Positions 1 to 8,227 of a stretch of DNA of 64,000 nucleotides are shown here, piece after piece. Under the pieces are notes generated by a model, which worked only from the letters and a program-made list of their open reading frames with translations, made no database searches and had not been told where the DNA came from. A program made the translations under genes and the position numbers. Each line of letters begins with the position of its first letter. Position 1 is the first letter of the stretch. Origin of the DNA: Longimicrobiales bacterium (GTDB taxonomy: Bacteria > Gemmatimonadota > Gemmatimonadetes > Longimicrobiales > Gaopeijiaceae); assembly GCA_965202805.1 (NCBI GenBank), contig OZ241869.1, forward strand, positions 3,744,001 through 3,808,000. The letters run 5' to 3'.

Positions 1-2097
1 TCCTTCTCGCGCCTGCGCACCGAGGGAGACACGGTGCGCTCCACCATGGGGGTGGCCTCGGGCCCGGTGTCCTTCATGCGTCTCTACGACTCCTCCACCG
101 AGGTCGTGAAGCAGGGCGGCACGCGGCGGGGCGCCAACATGGGCATTCTGCGGGTCGACCATCCCGACATCCGCGCCTTCATCACCTGCAAGGACGACAC
201 CTCCCAGATCACCAACTTCAACATCTCGGTCGCCATCACCGACGCGTTCATGCAGGCGGTGGCGAATGGCGAGGACTACGACCTCGTCAGCCCGCGCACC
301 GGCGACATCGTGGGTCGCGAGAACGCGAGCGAGATCTTCGACATGATCGTCGAGGGCGCCTGGAAGACCGGCGAACCGGGCGTCTTCTTCATCGACAGGG
401 CCAACGAATTCAACCCGGTGCCGACGCTGGGCGAGTACGAGGCCACCAACCCGTGCGGTGAGCAGCCGCTCCTGCCGTACGACGTGTGCAACCTGGGGAG
501 CCTCAACCTCGGCCCGTTCGTGCGCAAGGGAAGCTCGTGGGACGCTGATCCCCGGAACGCAATCGACTGGGAGGGGCTCCGCCGGGTCGTCCACCTGTCC
601 GTGCACTTCCTGGACAACGTGATCGACGCCAACCGCTATCCGCTGCCGCAGATCACCGAGCTGGCGGAGAACATCCGGCGCATCGGGCTGGGCGTGATGG
701 GCTGGGCGGACATGCTGGTGCGGCTGGGAATCCCGTACAATTCCTACGCCGCCGTGGAACTGGCCGAAACCGTCATGCGCTTCATCGACGAGGAAGCCAA
801 GGTCGCGTCCGCGAGGCTGGCCGAGAGCCGGGGCGTGTTCCCCGCCTGGGCGGAGTCCATCTGGGGTCCTGAGGAGAGCTGCGCCCGCCGCTCCGACGGA
901 AGCCGCATTCGCCCGATGCGTCCGCTGCGCAACTGCAACCTCGACACGGTCGCCCCGACGGGCACAATTTCAATCTTCGCCGGCTGCTCGGGCGGCATCG
1001 AGCCCCTGTTCGCGGTGGCGTTCATGCGCAATCAGGCCGGCGTCCTGATGCCGGACGTCAACGAGGACTTCGTGCGCATCGCAAAGAAGGGCGGCTGGTA
1101 CTCGGCGGAGCTCATGGAACGGGTGGCGGAGAGCGGCCACATCCACCACGAGGAGGTGCCCGAGGACGTGCAGCGGGTGTTCGTGACCGCGCACGACATC
1201 ACCCCGGAATGGCACGTGCGCATGCAGGCGGCCTTCCAGAAGTACACCGACGCCGCCATTTCCAAGACCACCAACTTCGCCCATGAGGCGACGCCGGAGG
1301 ATGTCCGCGAGATCTACGAGTTGGCCTTCTCGCTGGGGTGCAAGGGCGTGACCGTGTACCGCGACGGGTCCCGGCCCATGCAGGTGCTCTCGACCGGCAA
1401 GACCGAGAAGAAGCCGGAAGTGACCGGCGAAGAGGCGCCGTCGACCGGCGAGATCGAGCAGGAGCTCGCGGATGCCCGCGAGGAATGTCACCGGCTGCGT
1501 GGCGAGATCGAAAAGTACCAGCAGCGCGACCGGGATCGCGACCGTCTGGCCGGCGCCGGCCGCCACAAGCGCAAGCGCCCCGCGCTGCTGAAAGGGCGCA
1601 CCGTGAAGATGGACTGTCCGCTCGGCGACCTCTACGTCACCATCAACGAAGACGAGACCGGACGGCCCTTCGAGGTCTTCTGCACGCTGGGCAAGGCGGG
1701 CGGCGCCGCCATGGCGGACGCGGAGGCGATCGGGCGGCTGATCTCCCTCGCGCTGCGGTCGGGGATTCCCATCACTGCGGTGCGCGATCAGCTTCGCGGC
1801 ATCTCCTGCGACCGGGCGGTCGGGTTCGGGCTGCGCAAGGTCCTTTCCGCCCCCGACGCCATCGGCCAGGCGATCGAATACTACCTGCAGGAAAAGGATG
1901 GCATCCAGGAGGAACTCATTCTCACCGCCCCCGTGACATCAGCCGCGGGTGCGGCCTCCCCGAGCCTCGCGTCTTCGGACAGCGGCTCCTCCAGATCGGG
2001 CTACCTGGGCAGCTGTCCGGAATGCGGCACCGGTCAGCTCTCCTTCGAGGAGGGGTGCGTGAAGTGCCACGTGTGCGGCTTCAGCGAGTGCAGTTGA
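1..2097 (+). CDS. nrdJ: Vitamin B12-dependent (class II) ribonucleotide reductase, 5' end outside the window
   Basis: Frame is open from base 1 (SFSRLRTEGD...). Motifs QGGTRRGANM, TNPCGEQPL, APTGTIS, AISKT, CKGVTVYRDGS; C-terminal TSCPD-like domain and CPECG..CHVCG zinc ribbon. Confidence 0.95.
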   Translation, partial: SFSRLRTEGDTVRSTMGVASGPVSFMRLYDSSTEVVKQGGTRRGANMGILRVDHPDIRAFITCKDDTSQITNFNISVAITDAFMQAVANGEDYDLVSPRTGDIVGRENASEIFDMIVEGAWKTGEPGVFFIDRANEFNPVPTLGEYEATNPCGEQPLLPYDVCNLGSLNLGPFVRKGSSWDADPRNAIDWEGLRRVVHLSVHFLDNVIDANRYPLPQITELAENIRRIGLGVMGWADMLVRLGIPYNSYAAVELAETVMRFIDEEAKVASARLAESRGVFPAWAESIWGPEESCARRSDGSRIRPMRPLRNCNLDTVAPTGTISIFAGCSGGIEPLFAVAFMRNQAGVLMPDVNEDFVRIAKKGGWYSAELMERVAESGHIHHEEVPEDVQRVFVTAHDITPEWHVRMQAAFQKYTDAAISKTTNFAHEATPEDVREIYELAFSLGCKGVTVYRDGSRPMQVLSTGKTEKKPEVTGEEAPSTGEIEQELADAREECHRLRGEIEKYQQRDRDRDRLAGAGRHKRKRPALLKGRTVKMDCPLGDLYVTINEDETGRPFEVFCTLGKAGGAAMADAEAIGRLISLALRSGIPITAVRDQLRGISCDRAVGFGLRKVLSAPDAIGQAIEYYLQEKDGIQEELILTAPVTSAAGAASPSLASSDSGSSRSGYLGSCPECGTGQLSFEEGCVKCHVCGFSECS

Positions 2098-2118
2098 GCC
2101 GACGGCCGGGAAGCCTCC

Positions 2119-3051
2119 ATGACGCGCCTCCCCGGGTACTCGGCGTTTCTGCTGGCGACAGCGCTGGCGTGCGGAGGGGAGCCGGGTAGCGAGCCCGCGC
2201 AGCGAGTCGAACGCCCGGCCTTCCCGGGAGCGCGTGCCTTCGAGCTGATCGAGGCACAGCTCGCGTTCGGGCCCCGGGTGCCGGGCACGCCCGGTCATGC
2301 GGCGCAGCTGGAGTGGATGGTCGAGCAGCTGGCGGCCCACGCCGACACAGTGATCGTCGACCGCTTCAGTTACACCACCACCGCCGGCGACACCCTGCCG
2401 CTGGCCAACGTCCTCGCCCGCTTCAACGCCGCCGACCCCGACCGGCTGCTTTTCCTGGCCCACTGGGACACCCGGCCCATCTCCGACCAGAGCACCGATC
2501 CGGAGGAGCGCGACACGCCGGTCCCGGGGGCGAACGACGGCGCTTCCGGCGTAGCCGTGCTCCTGGCGCTGAGCGAGCTCTTTTCGGCTCAGCCGCCGCC
2601 CGTCGGCGTCGACCTGCTCATGGTGGACGGCGAGGACTACGGCCCCACCACCGCGGACATGTTCATCGGCTCCGAGCGCTATGCCGCGCAGCCCCTGGGA
2701 GGCCAGCCGCGCTATGCGGTGCTCCTGGACATGGTCGGGGACCGCGATCCCGGCTTCCCCGTGGAAGGGTTCTCCTCCCGCTACGCGCCCCGCGTGGTGC
2801 AGCGCGTCTGGGGGATCGCGCGCGATCTGGGATACGGCCGCCTCTTCCCGACGACGGTGGGTCCTCCCATCCTGGACGACCATGTGCCCCTGAACGAGGC
2901 CGGAATCCCCACCGTGGACATCATCGATTTCGAATACGGGCCGGGGAACTCACTCTGGCACACCCCGAACGATGTCCTTGCCAACGTGAGCCCGGCAACG
3001 CTGGAGGTCGTGGGCGAGGTGGTCGCGGAGATCGCGTATCGAGGAGGCTGA
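2119..3051 (+). CDS. M28 family metallopeptidase / glutaminyl-peptide cyclotransferase-like lipoprotein
   Basis: Hydrophobic signal ending ALAC; motifs FGPRVPG, AHWDTRP, GANDGASG, DGEDYG, LLDMVG, DDH, WHT. Confidence 0.88.
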   Translation: MTRLPGYSAFLLATALACGGEPGSEPAQRVERPAFPGARAFELIEAQLAFGPRVPGTPGHAAQLEWMVEQLAAHADTVIVDRFSYTTTAGDTLPLANVLARFNAADPDRLLFLAHWDTRPISDQSTDPEERDTPVPGANDGASGVAVLLALSELFSAQPPPVGVDLLMVDGEDYGPTTADMFIGSERYAAQPLGGQPRYAVLLDMVGDRDPGFPVEGFSSRYAPRVVQRVWGIARDLGYGRLFPTTVGPPILDDHVPLNEAGIPTVDIIDFEYGPGNSLWHTPNDVLANVSPATLEVVGEVVAEIAYRGG

Positions 3052-3192
3052 CGCGGCGCCGGGCCCTGTCGCGCGAAGCATATCCTTGATGCATTATTCC
3101 ACGCAGGAGGCGGAAGCCACTGGCACCAACCTGATCGCGCGGCAGGCGTTCCCGGGAGTCTTCCGAACCGACTGCACTGGACGAGGACGCAG

Positions 3193-4164
3193 ATGAACGA
3201 CAACGAGGGCATCGGGGTCGCGGTGGTGCAGGGGGCCGGGGTCCCCTTCGACCTGGAGGCGGCGATCGGCAAGGTGCACGCGCTCACCGCCGAAGCCGCC
3301 GCAGGGGGGGCGCAGCTGGTTCTCTTCCCGGAGGCCTATGTGGGCGGCTACCCCTGGGGTCTGGCGTTCGGCACATCGGTGGGCGGGCGATCCCAGGCAG
3401 GTCGCCGAACGTGGGACCGATACCTGAAGGGGGCGGTGGAAGTCCCGGGGCCGGCCACCGACCGCATCGGCGAAGCCGCGGCGGCTCACGGCGTCTATCT
3501 GGCCGTCGGGATCGTGGAGCGGGATGCCGACTACAGCGGAGGTACGCTCTTCTGCACGCTTCTCTACTTCGGCCCCGACGGCCGGCTGCTGGGGAAGCAT
3601 CGTAAGCTCAAGCCGACCGCGGCCGAGCGCTTCATCTGGGGTGAGGGCGACGGCAGCACGCTCACGGTCGTGGACACGCCCCTGGGCCGGGTCGGCGGCC
3701 TCATCTGCTGGGAGAACTACATGCCGCTGGCCCGCACGGCGATGTACGCGAAGGGCGTGGAGATCTACCTCGCCCCCACCGCCGACGGACGCGAGCGCTG
3801 GCAGGCGACGCTCCGCCACATCGCCCTCGAGGGAAGGTGCTTCGTCCTCGGGTGCAACCAATACGCGACCCGCGCGCAGTACCCCGCCGACCTGGAGATC
3901 GCCGGCGAACTCCAGGGCTGGCCGGAACGCCTGTGCGCCGGCGGGAGCGCGATCTATTCCCCGTCCGGGGCGTGCCTGGCGGGACCCCTCTGGGACCAGG
4001 AGGGGATTCTCTTCGCCCGCCTCGATCCCGACGCGGTTACGCGCGGCAAGTTCGACTTCGACGTGGTGGGGCACTACGCCCGCCCCGACGTCTTTCAGCT
4101 AAGAGTCAACGAGAACCCGTTTCCGCCCGTGACCTTTCGCGGCGGCTCCGCATCGACAAGCTGA
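3193..4164 (+). CDS. Nitrilase (carbon-nitrogen hydrolase family)
   Basis: Catalytic triad contexts FPEA, HRKLKPT, ICWENYMP; C-terminal DVVGHYARPD; GAGGA RBS upstream. Confidence 0.92.
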   Translation: MNDNEGIGVAVVQGAGVPFDLEAAIGKVHALTAEAAAGGAQLVLFPEAYVGGYPWGLAFGTSVGGRSQAGRRTWDRYLKGAVEVPGPATDRIGEAAAAHGVYLAVGIVERDADYSGGTLFCTLLYFGPDGRLLGKHRKLKPTAAERFIWGEGDGSTLTVVDTPLGRVGGLICWENYMPLARTAMYAKGVEIYLAPTADGRERWQATLRHIALEGRCFVLGCNQYATRAQYPADLEIAGELQGWPERLCAGGSAIYSPSGACLAGPLWDQEGILFARLDPDAVTRGKFDFDVVGHYARPDVFQLRVNENPFPPVTFRGGSASTS

Positions 4165-4202
4165 CGCGACCCCCGCGGGACCCGCGTCGGGAGGCCGACA
4201 CC

Positions 4203-5423
4203 ATGCAAGACACGGCAACGCAGGCGATCACGTCATCCTACCTCGATGAAGCCGACCGATTCGGCGCCCACCACTACCATCCGCTCCCGGTCGTGCTCGA
4301 ACGGGGCGAGGGCGTCTGGGTCCGGGACGTGGAGGGGCGACGCTACCTCGACATGCTGAGCGCATACTCCGCGCTCAATCAGGGGCACCTGCATCCGCGC
4401 ATCATCGGCGCCGCGCGGGATCAGATGCAGCGCCTGACCCTCACCTCCCGCGCGTTCCACAACGACCAGATGGGTCCGTTCCAGCGCGAGCTGTGCGAGC
4501 TCACCGGCTTCGAGCGCGTCCTGCTCATGAACACCGGCGCGGAAGGGGTGGAGACCGCGATCAAGATGGTCCGCAAGTGGGGCTACCAGGTGAAGGGGAT
4601 CCCGGCCGACAGGGCGGAGATCATCGTCTGCGACAACAACTTCCATGGCAGAACCACCACCATCGTGGGCTTTTCCTCCGAGTTCGAGTACCGGAGAGGC
4701 TTCGGCCCGTTCACGCCGGGCTTCCGCAGGATCCCCTACGGGGACATCGACGCCCTGCGCGACGCCGTCAACGAGTGCACCGCGGGCTTCCTGGTCGAGC
4801 CCATCCAGGGGGAAGGAGGGGTCATCGTGCCGCCGGACGGCTACCTGCGTGCGGCTCGAGATCTCTGCTCACGGCATCAGGTGGCCCTGGTCGCCGACGA
4901 GATCCAGACCGGACTGGGGCGCACCGGACGACTCCTGTGCTGCGACTGGGAGGACGTGCGCCCGGACGTGCTCATCCTGGGCAAGGCCCTGGGGGGCGGC
5001 GTCTATCCGGTCTCGGCAGCGGTCGCGGACTCGGAGTTCATGGACGTGTTCCGTCCTGGCGACCACGGCTCCACCTTCGGCGGCAATCCGCTGGCGGCCG
5101 CGGTCGCGCGCGCATCGCTGAAGGTCATCGTCGAGGAAGGGCTGGTCGAGCGTTCGGCCCGGCTGGGCGAGTGGTTCAGGCAGAGGCTGCGCGCCATCGA
5201 CTCACCGCACGTCGAAGAAGTGCGGGGCCGCGGGTTGATGATCGGCCTGGTCATCAGAAAGTCGTCGGGTCCGGCCCGGCCCTTCTGCGAGGCCCTGTGG
5301 CACCGGGGCATCCTGGCCAAGGAGACGCACGAACAGGTCATCCGCTTCGCGCCCCCCCTGGTAATCGGGCGCGAAGAACTCGACTGGGCTCTGGCTCAGG
5401 TGGAGGCGGTGCTCTCGACCTGA
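4203..5423 (+). CDS. rocD: Ornithine--oxo-acid aminotransferase (class III PLP)
   Basis: GAHHYHPLPVV, YSALNQGH, TLTSRAF, EPIQGEGG, DEIQTGLGRTG, GKALGGG, HGSTFGGNP. Start at ATG 4203 after GGGAGG; the 5' extension in the ORF track overlaps the nitrilase. Confidence 0.93.
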   Translation: MQDTATQAITSSYLDEADRFGAHHYHPLPVVLERGEGVWVRDVEGRRYLDMLSAYSALNQGHLHPRIIGAARDQMQRLTLTSRAFHNDQMGPFQRELCELTGFERVLLMNTGAEGVETAIKMVRKWGYQVKGIPADRAEIIVCDNNFHGRTTTIVGFSSEFEYRRGFGPFTPGFRRIPYGDIDALRDAVNECTAGFLVEPIQGEGGVIVPPDGYLRAARDLCSRHQVALVADEIQTGLGRTGRLLCCDWEDVRPDVLILGKALGGGVYPVSAAVADSEFMDVFRPGDHGSTFGGNPLAAAVARASLKVIVEEGLVERSARLGEWFRQRLRAIDSPHVEEVRGRGLMIGLVIRKSSGPARPFCEALWHRGILAKETHEQVIRFAPPLVIGREELDWALAQVEAVLST

Positions 5424-5469
5424 ACCGCGTCGGCGTGCGCGTCGGTCCGGCACGGACAGCCCGGTCCCT

Positions 5470-5760
5470 TCACCACTCGATCTCGCCCTTCCGGGACGTG
5501 TCCACCTGTTCGGCCTTCCCGTCGCCGAGCAGGACCTGCTCGATCTGCTCGTAGAGGAACTTCCTCGAGCTGACTTCGCGTGGATCCAGCCCGTAGTGAT
5601 TGATCAGCAGGGTCTGGTGCTGGAGCCAGTCGGCCCAGCACAGCCGGCAGATGCGGCGCAGCAGCCGCTCGCCCAGTTCCGTGCGGAAGGGGGCCTTCTC
5701 CAGCGCGGCCGACTCCTTGCTGCAACGCTTACATGCGATCGTGTCCACTGAACCGTCCAC
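5470..5760 (-). CDS. YggX-like Fe(II)-trafficking / oxidative damage protection protein
   Basis: PFRTELGERL..ICRLCWADWLQHQTLLINHYGL..RKFL matches the Iron_traffic pattern (W..W..HQT.LIN). Start is GTG 5760 or 5748. Confidence 0.85.
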   Translation of the reverse strand: MDGSVDTIACKRCSKESAALEKAPFRTELGERLLRRICRLCWADWLQHQTLLINHYGLDPREVSSRKFLYEQIEQVLLGDGKAEQVDTSRKGEIEW

Positions 5761-5766
5761 TGAACC
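5743..5766. repeat. Perfect 12-bp tandem duplication GTCCACTGAACC x2
   Basis: Read directly; spans both candidate GTG starts of the YggX-like gene. Confidence 0.9.
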
Positions 5767-5859
5767 TGTCGATTGGAGGCCGGAGCCCTTCGGGGGGCCG
5801 GGTGCGGGGTCGGACGCCCCTCTGGCAAGCGGGGTCCGGGATCATGAACGCCCGGCACG

Positions 5860-5888
5860 TTGGAAAGCCCGCCGGATTATTGTAATTT
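5860..5888 (+). promoter_or_regulatory. Candidate sigma70-type promoter for the DksA/TraR gene
   Basis: TTGGAA (5860-5865), 17-nt spacer, TAATTT (5883-5888) in an AT-rich patch. Confidence 0.45.
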
Positions 5889-5968
5889 GCTGGCGTTCGG
5901 ACGAAAGGCGCTTCGGTGTCGGCAGCCCGCCCGCGACAGCCGCACAACCGTCTACCAAGGTACAGAAC

Positions 5969-6358
5969 GTGGCGATTCTCACCAAGGAGCAACTTGCGCA
6001 CATCGAGAAGCGGCTCCTCGAGGAGCGTGCCCGCTCGCTGAGGTCCCTGGGCCTCTTCGACCGGATGGCGAAGGAGAACAGGGCGTCGGGCGACTCCACC
6101 CTCGCCGCCTACACCGACCACATGGCCGACCAGGGCACCGAGGCGATGGAACGCGAGAAGGCCGCGCTCTTCGCAACCAAGGAAGGCCGGTATCTCTACC
6201 GGATCGAAGACGCCCTCCGACGGCTCTACTCGGATCCGGAGAACTTCGGTCGCTGTCAGGCCACCGGGAAGCCGATAAACTTCCAGCGGCTGGACGCGCT
6301 GCCGCACGCCAGGTACTGCATCGAACACAAGCGCGAACTGGAAGCGCGGGGCGAATAG
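5969..6358 (+). CDS. TraR/DksA family transcription regulator
   Basis: Coiled coil with HMADQG tip, then IEDALRRL, FGRCQATGKPI..RLDALPHARYCIEH. GTG start at 5969. Confidence 0.9.
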   Translation: MAILTKEQLAHIEKRLLEERARSLRSLGLFDRMAKENRASGDSTLAAYTDHMADQGTEAMEREKAALFATKEGRYLYRIEDALRRLYSDPENFGRCQATGKPINFQRLDALPHARYCIEHKRELEARGE

Positions 6359-6389
6359 CGAACGCCGGATCCCGGGCCGGCCGCTGCTC

Positions 6390-6764
6390 TCAGGACGAGC
6401 CTTCTTCCTCGTCCGTGTCGTGAATCGGGCTGGTGATTCGCCAGAGCCCTTCGATCTCGCTCCTGATCTCCCGGATGCGCCCCTCCAGGGGCTGGTCGCT
6501 CAGGTGGTATATGGCTGCGCTGAGTGATCGATATGCGCGCCACAGAGCGGACGATGCGGGAGTCTGCTCGTGACTGCGACGCCTCTTCCCCTTGAGGCGG
6601 GCCAGAAGCCACTCCGTCATGTTCTCGTCGAGGAGCATGAGGTTGCCTTCGCCGGACGACTCCTCGCTCAGGTACTTGGCGAGTTTCTTCTTGAAGCTCT
6701 TCGGTACGCCCGCAACCACATAGACGGAAAGATCGTCTCGTTCGAGTAATTCCGACGTCATCAC
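6390..6764 (-). CDS. Hypothetical protein (124 aa)
   Basis: Fills the gap between dksA and rnd, has normal globular composition and a TATAAT upstream on the same strand. No family recognised. Confidence 0.75.
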   Translation of the reverse strand: MMTSELLERDDLSVYVVAGVPKSFKKKLAKYLSEESSGEGNLMLLDENMTEWLLARLKGKRRRSHEQTPASSALWRAYRSLSAAIYHLSDQPLEGRIREIRSEIEGLWRITSPIHDTDEEEGSS

Positions 6765-6841
6765 ATCCCCGGATGGAATGAAGCAAACGAGGGAAAAGCA
6801 CCTGCCGCCCAGGCTCCCCCTGTTTGCCGTATTAACCGCGT

Positions 6842-6871
6842 ATTATAGCCGGAATCAGGAGGCTTTCGCCA
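6842..6871 (-). promoter_or_regulatory. Candidate promoter for the 124-aa ORF
   Basis: Perfect TATAAT on the - strand (6847-6842); weak -35 TGGCGA at 18-nt spacing. Confidence 0.5.
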
Positions 6872-6895
6872 GTCCCGGAGCGGCGAACCATGCAC

Positions 6896-8032
6896 TCACG
6901 CACGCAGAATATCGAGCGTCAGGCGTCCGAGCACCTCGACTTGCCACGCACGCACCTGGGGAACCCGTGCGAGTTCCTCGGGTGAGCCCGGATTGGCGCG
7001 TACGATCTGCATGATGGTCTTGTTGGGAAGCAGGAGACCCGGGTCCAGTCCGAGCTCGCGTGCCTTGCGGACGCGCGCGGCGCGCAGCCTTCCGGCGCGC
7101 TCCTCGGCTTCCGGCAGGAGCCGCGGGAACGAGCCCTCGCGGCGTCTCCTGCCGGGAGCGATGCGCGCTTCCGGGATGGACTCCGCCCGATCCAGGTGTT
7201 CGAAGAGTCTCCCGCCGTCGGTGCGGGCCAGGACAGGCGACAGACCGCGACGGCGTCCCAGTTCCCCGATCGAGCGGGGTGGAGACTCTGCCAGCTGCAA
7301 CAGGACATCGTCGGCGGCCACGCGGAAGGGCGCCCTGTCCCTGCGTCGGGCGACCTCGTCCCTCCAGGTCCAGAGCGCACGCAGCCGCTCAAGCGCACGC
7401 GGGGCCAGATGGCGCGCGTTCTTCATGTTCGTCGCCGGATCGGGATCGGGATCTTGCCGCCTGGAGACGGTCCGCTCGAGCCAGCGGAACTCCTCGCTCG
7501 CCCACGCGAGGCGCTGTTTTTCCTCCAGCCGGGCCCGGAGGATGTCCGCCAGGGCCGCCAGGTAGCGCGTGTCGGCCGCGGCGTACTCGAGCATTTCCGC
7601 CGGGAGCGGCCGCATAGCCCAGTCGGCCCGCTGGTATTTCTTGGGCAGATGCACGCCCAGGAAGCGTTCGAGCAGCGCCGACAGTCCCAGCGCAGACTCC
7701 CCCAGCAGCGCGGCCGCCACCTGCGTGTCGAAGACGCCCCGTACCCTGATCCCCAGGTCCCGCGACAGAAGGCGCAGATCGTAGCTGGCTCCGTGCATGA
7801 TGATCTCGCGCCCGGCATCCTCCAGCGGCGACCGCAGCAGGCCGCTGGCATCGAGGGCGAGGGTATCGATGAGCCAGGTATCGCCCGGTCCGGAGAGCTG
7901 CACCAGGCAGAGCCGGTCGGAGTAGCGGTGATAGCCGGCCGCCTCGCAGTCGAGGGCAAGCCGTGTACGGGAAGCCAGCCGCTGCGCGATGGAGCGCGCC
8001 GCCTGCTCGTCGGCGATGTGGTGTAGGTTCAT
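6896..8032 (-). CDS. rnd: Ribonuclease D (DEDDy exonuclease plus HRDC domains)
   Basis: ALDCEA, LCLVQL, MHGASYDL, FDTQVAA, QRADW..RPL, YAAAD; HRDC segment WRDEVARRRDRAPFRV. Confidence 0.92.
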   Translation of the reverse strand: MNLHHIADEQAARSIAQRLASRTRLALDCEAAGYHRYSDRLCLVQLSGPGDTWLIDTLALDASGLLRSPLEDAGREIIMHGASYDLRLLSRDLGIRVRGVFDTQVAAALLGESALGLSALLERFLGVHLPKKYQRADWAMRPLPAEMLEYAAADTRYLAALADILRARLEEKQRLAWASEEFRWLERTVSRRQDPDPDPATNMKNARHLAPRALERLRALWTWRDEVARRRDRAPFRVAADDVLLQLAESPPRSIGELGRRRGLSPVLARTDGGRLFEHLDRAESIPEARIAPGRRRREGSFPRLLPEAEERAGRLRAARVRKARELGLDPGLLLPNKTIMQIVRANPGSPEELARVPQVRAWQVEVLGRLTLDILRA

Positions 8033-8227
8033 GGGCGCGAAAGATGGTCCATCTCCCGGTCCGGCGCGAGAATGCCCGCTCGTGAGGCCTCGCGGCGTTC
8101 CGCAGCGCGGTTGGACCCGGGTCGCTGTGATTTCGGCCGAACCAGACTAGAATAACGGCGCTCCGGACATCGAACACTGCTGCGGGGTCGGGGCCGCCGG
8201 GGCTACAAGGAGGGAGTGGGAAGACCG

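Noticed and set aside
3076..3095. ArgR box upstream of nitrilase-rocD
   Set aside because: Half-site spacing (GCAT-N7-ATGC) does not fit the ARG box and only one copy is present.
3837..4202. 5' extensions in the ORF track (rocD here; likewise the MBL hydrolase, pgi, pyrF, fusA, secA, radC, bamD) suggesting fusions
   Set aside because: The extensions overlap upstream genes in another frame and are R/P/G-rich noise; family homology starts at the downstream start codons given.
6765..6835. Possible c-di-GMP-I riboswitch (GGCAAAC followed by a short stem on the - strand)
   Set aside because: No GNRA loop/receptor pair and no second stem with the expected conserved residues; kept only as a generic hairpin leader.
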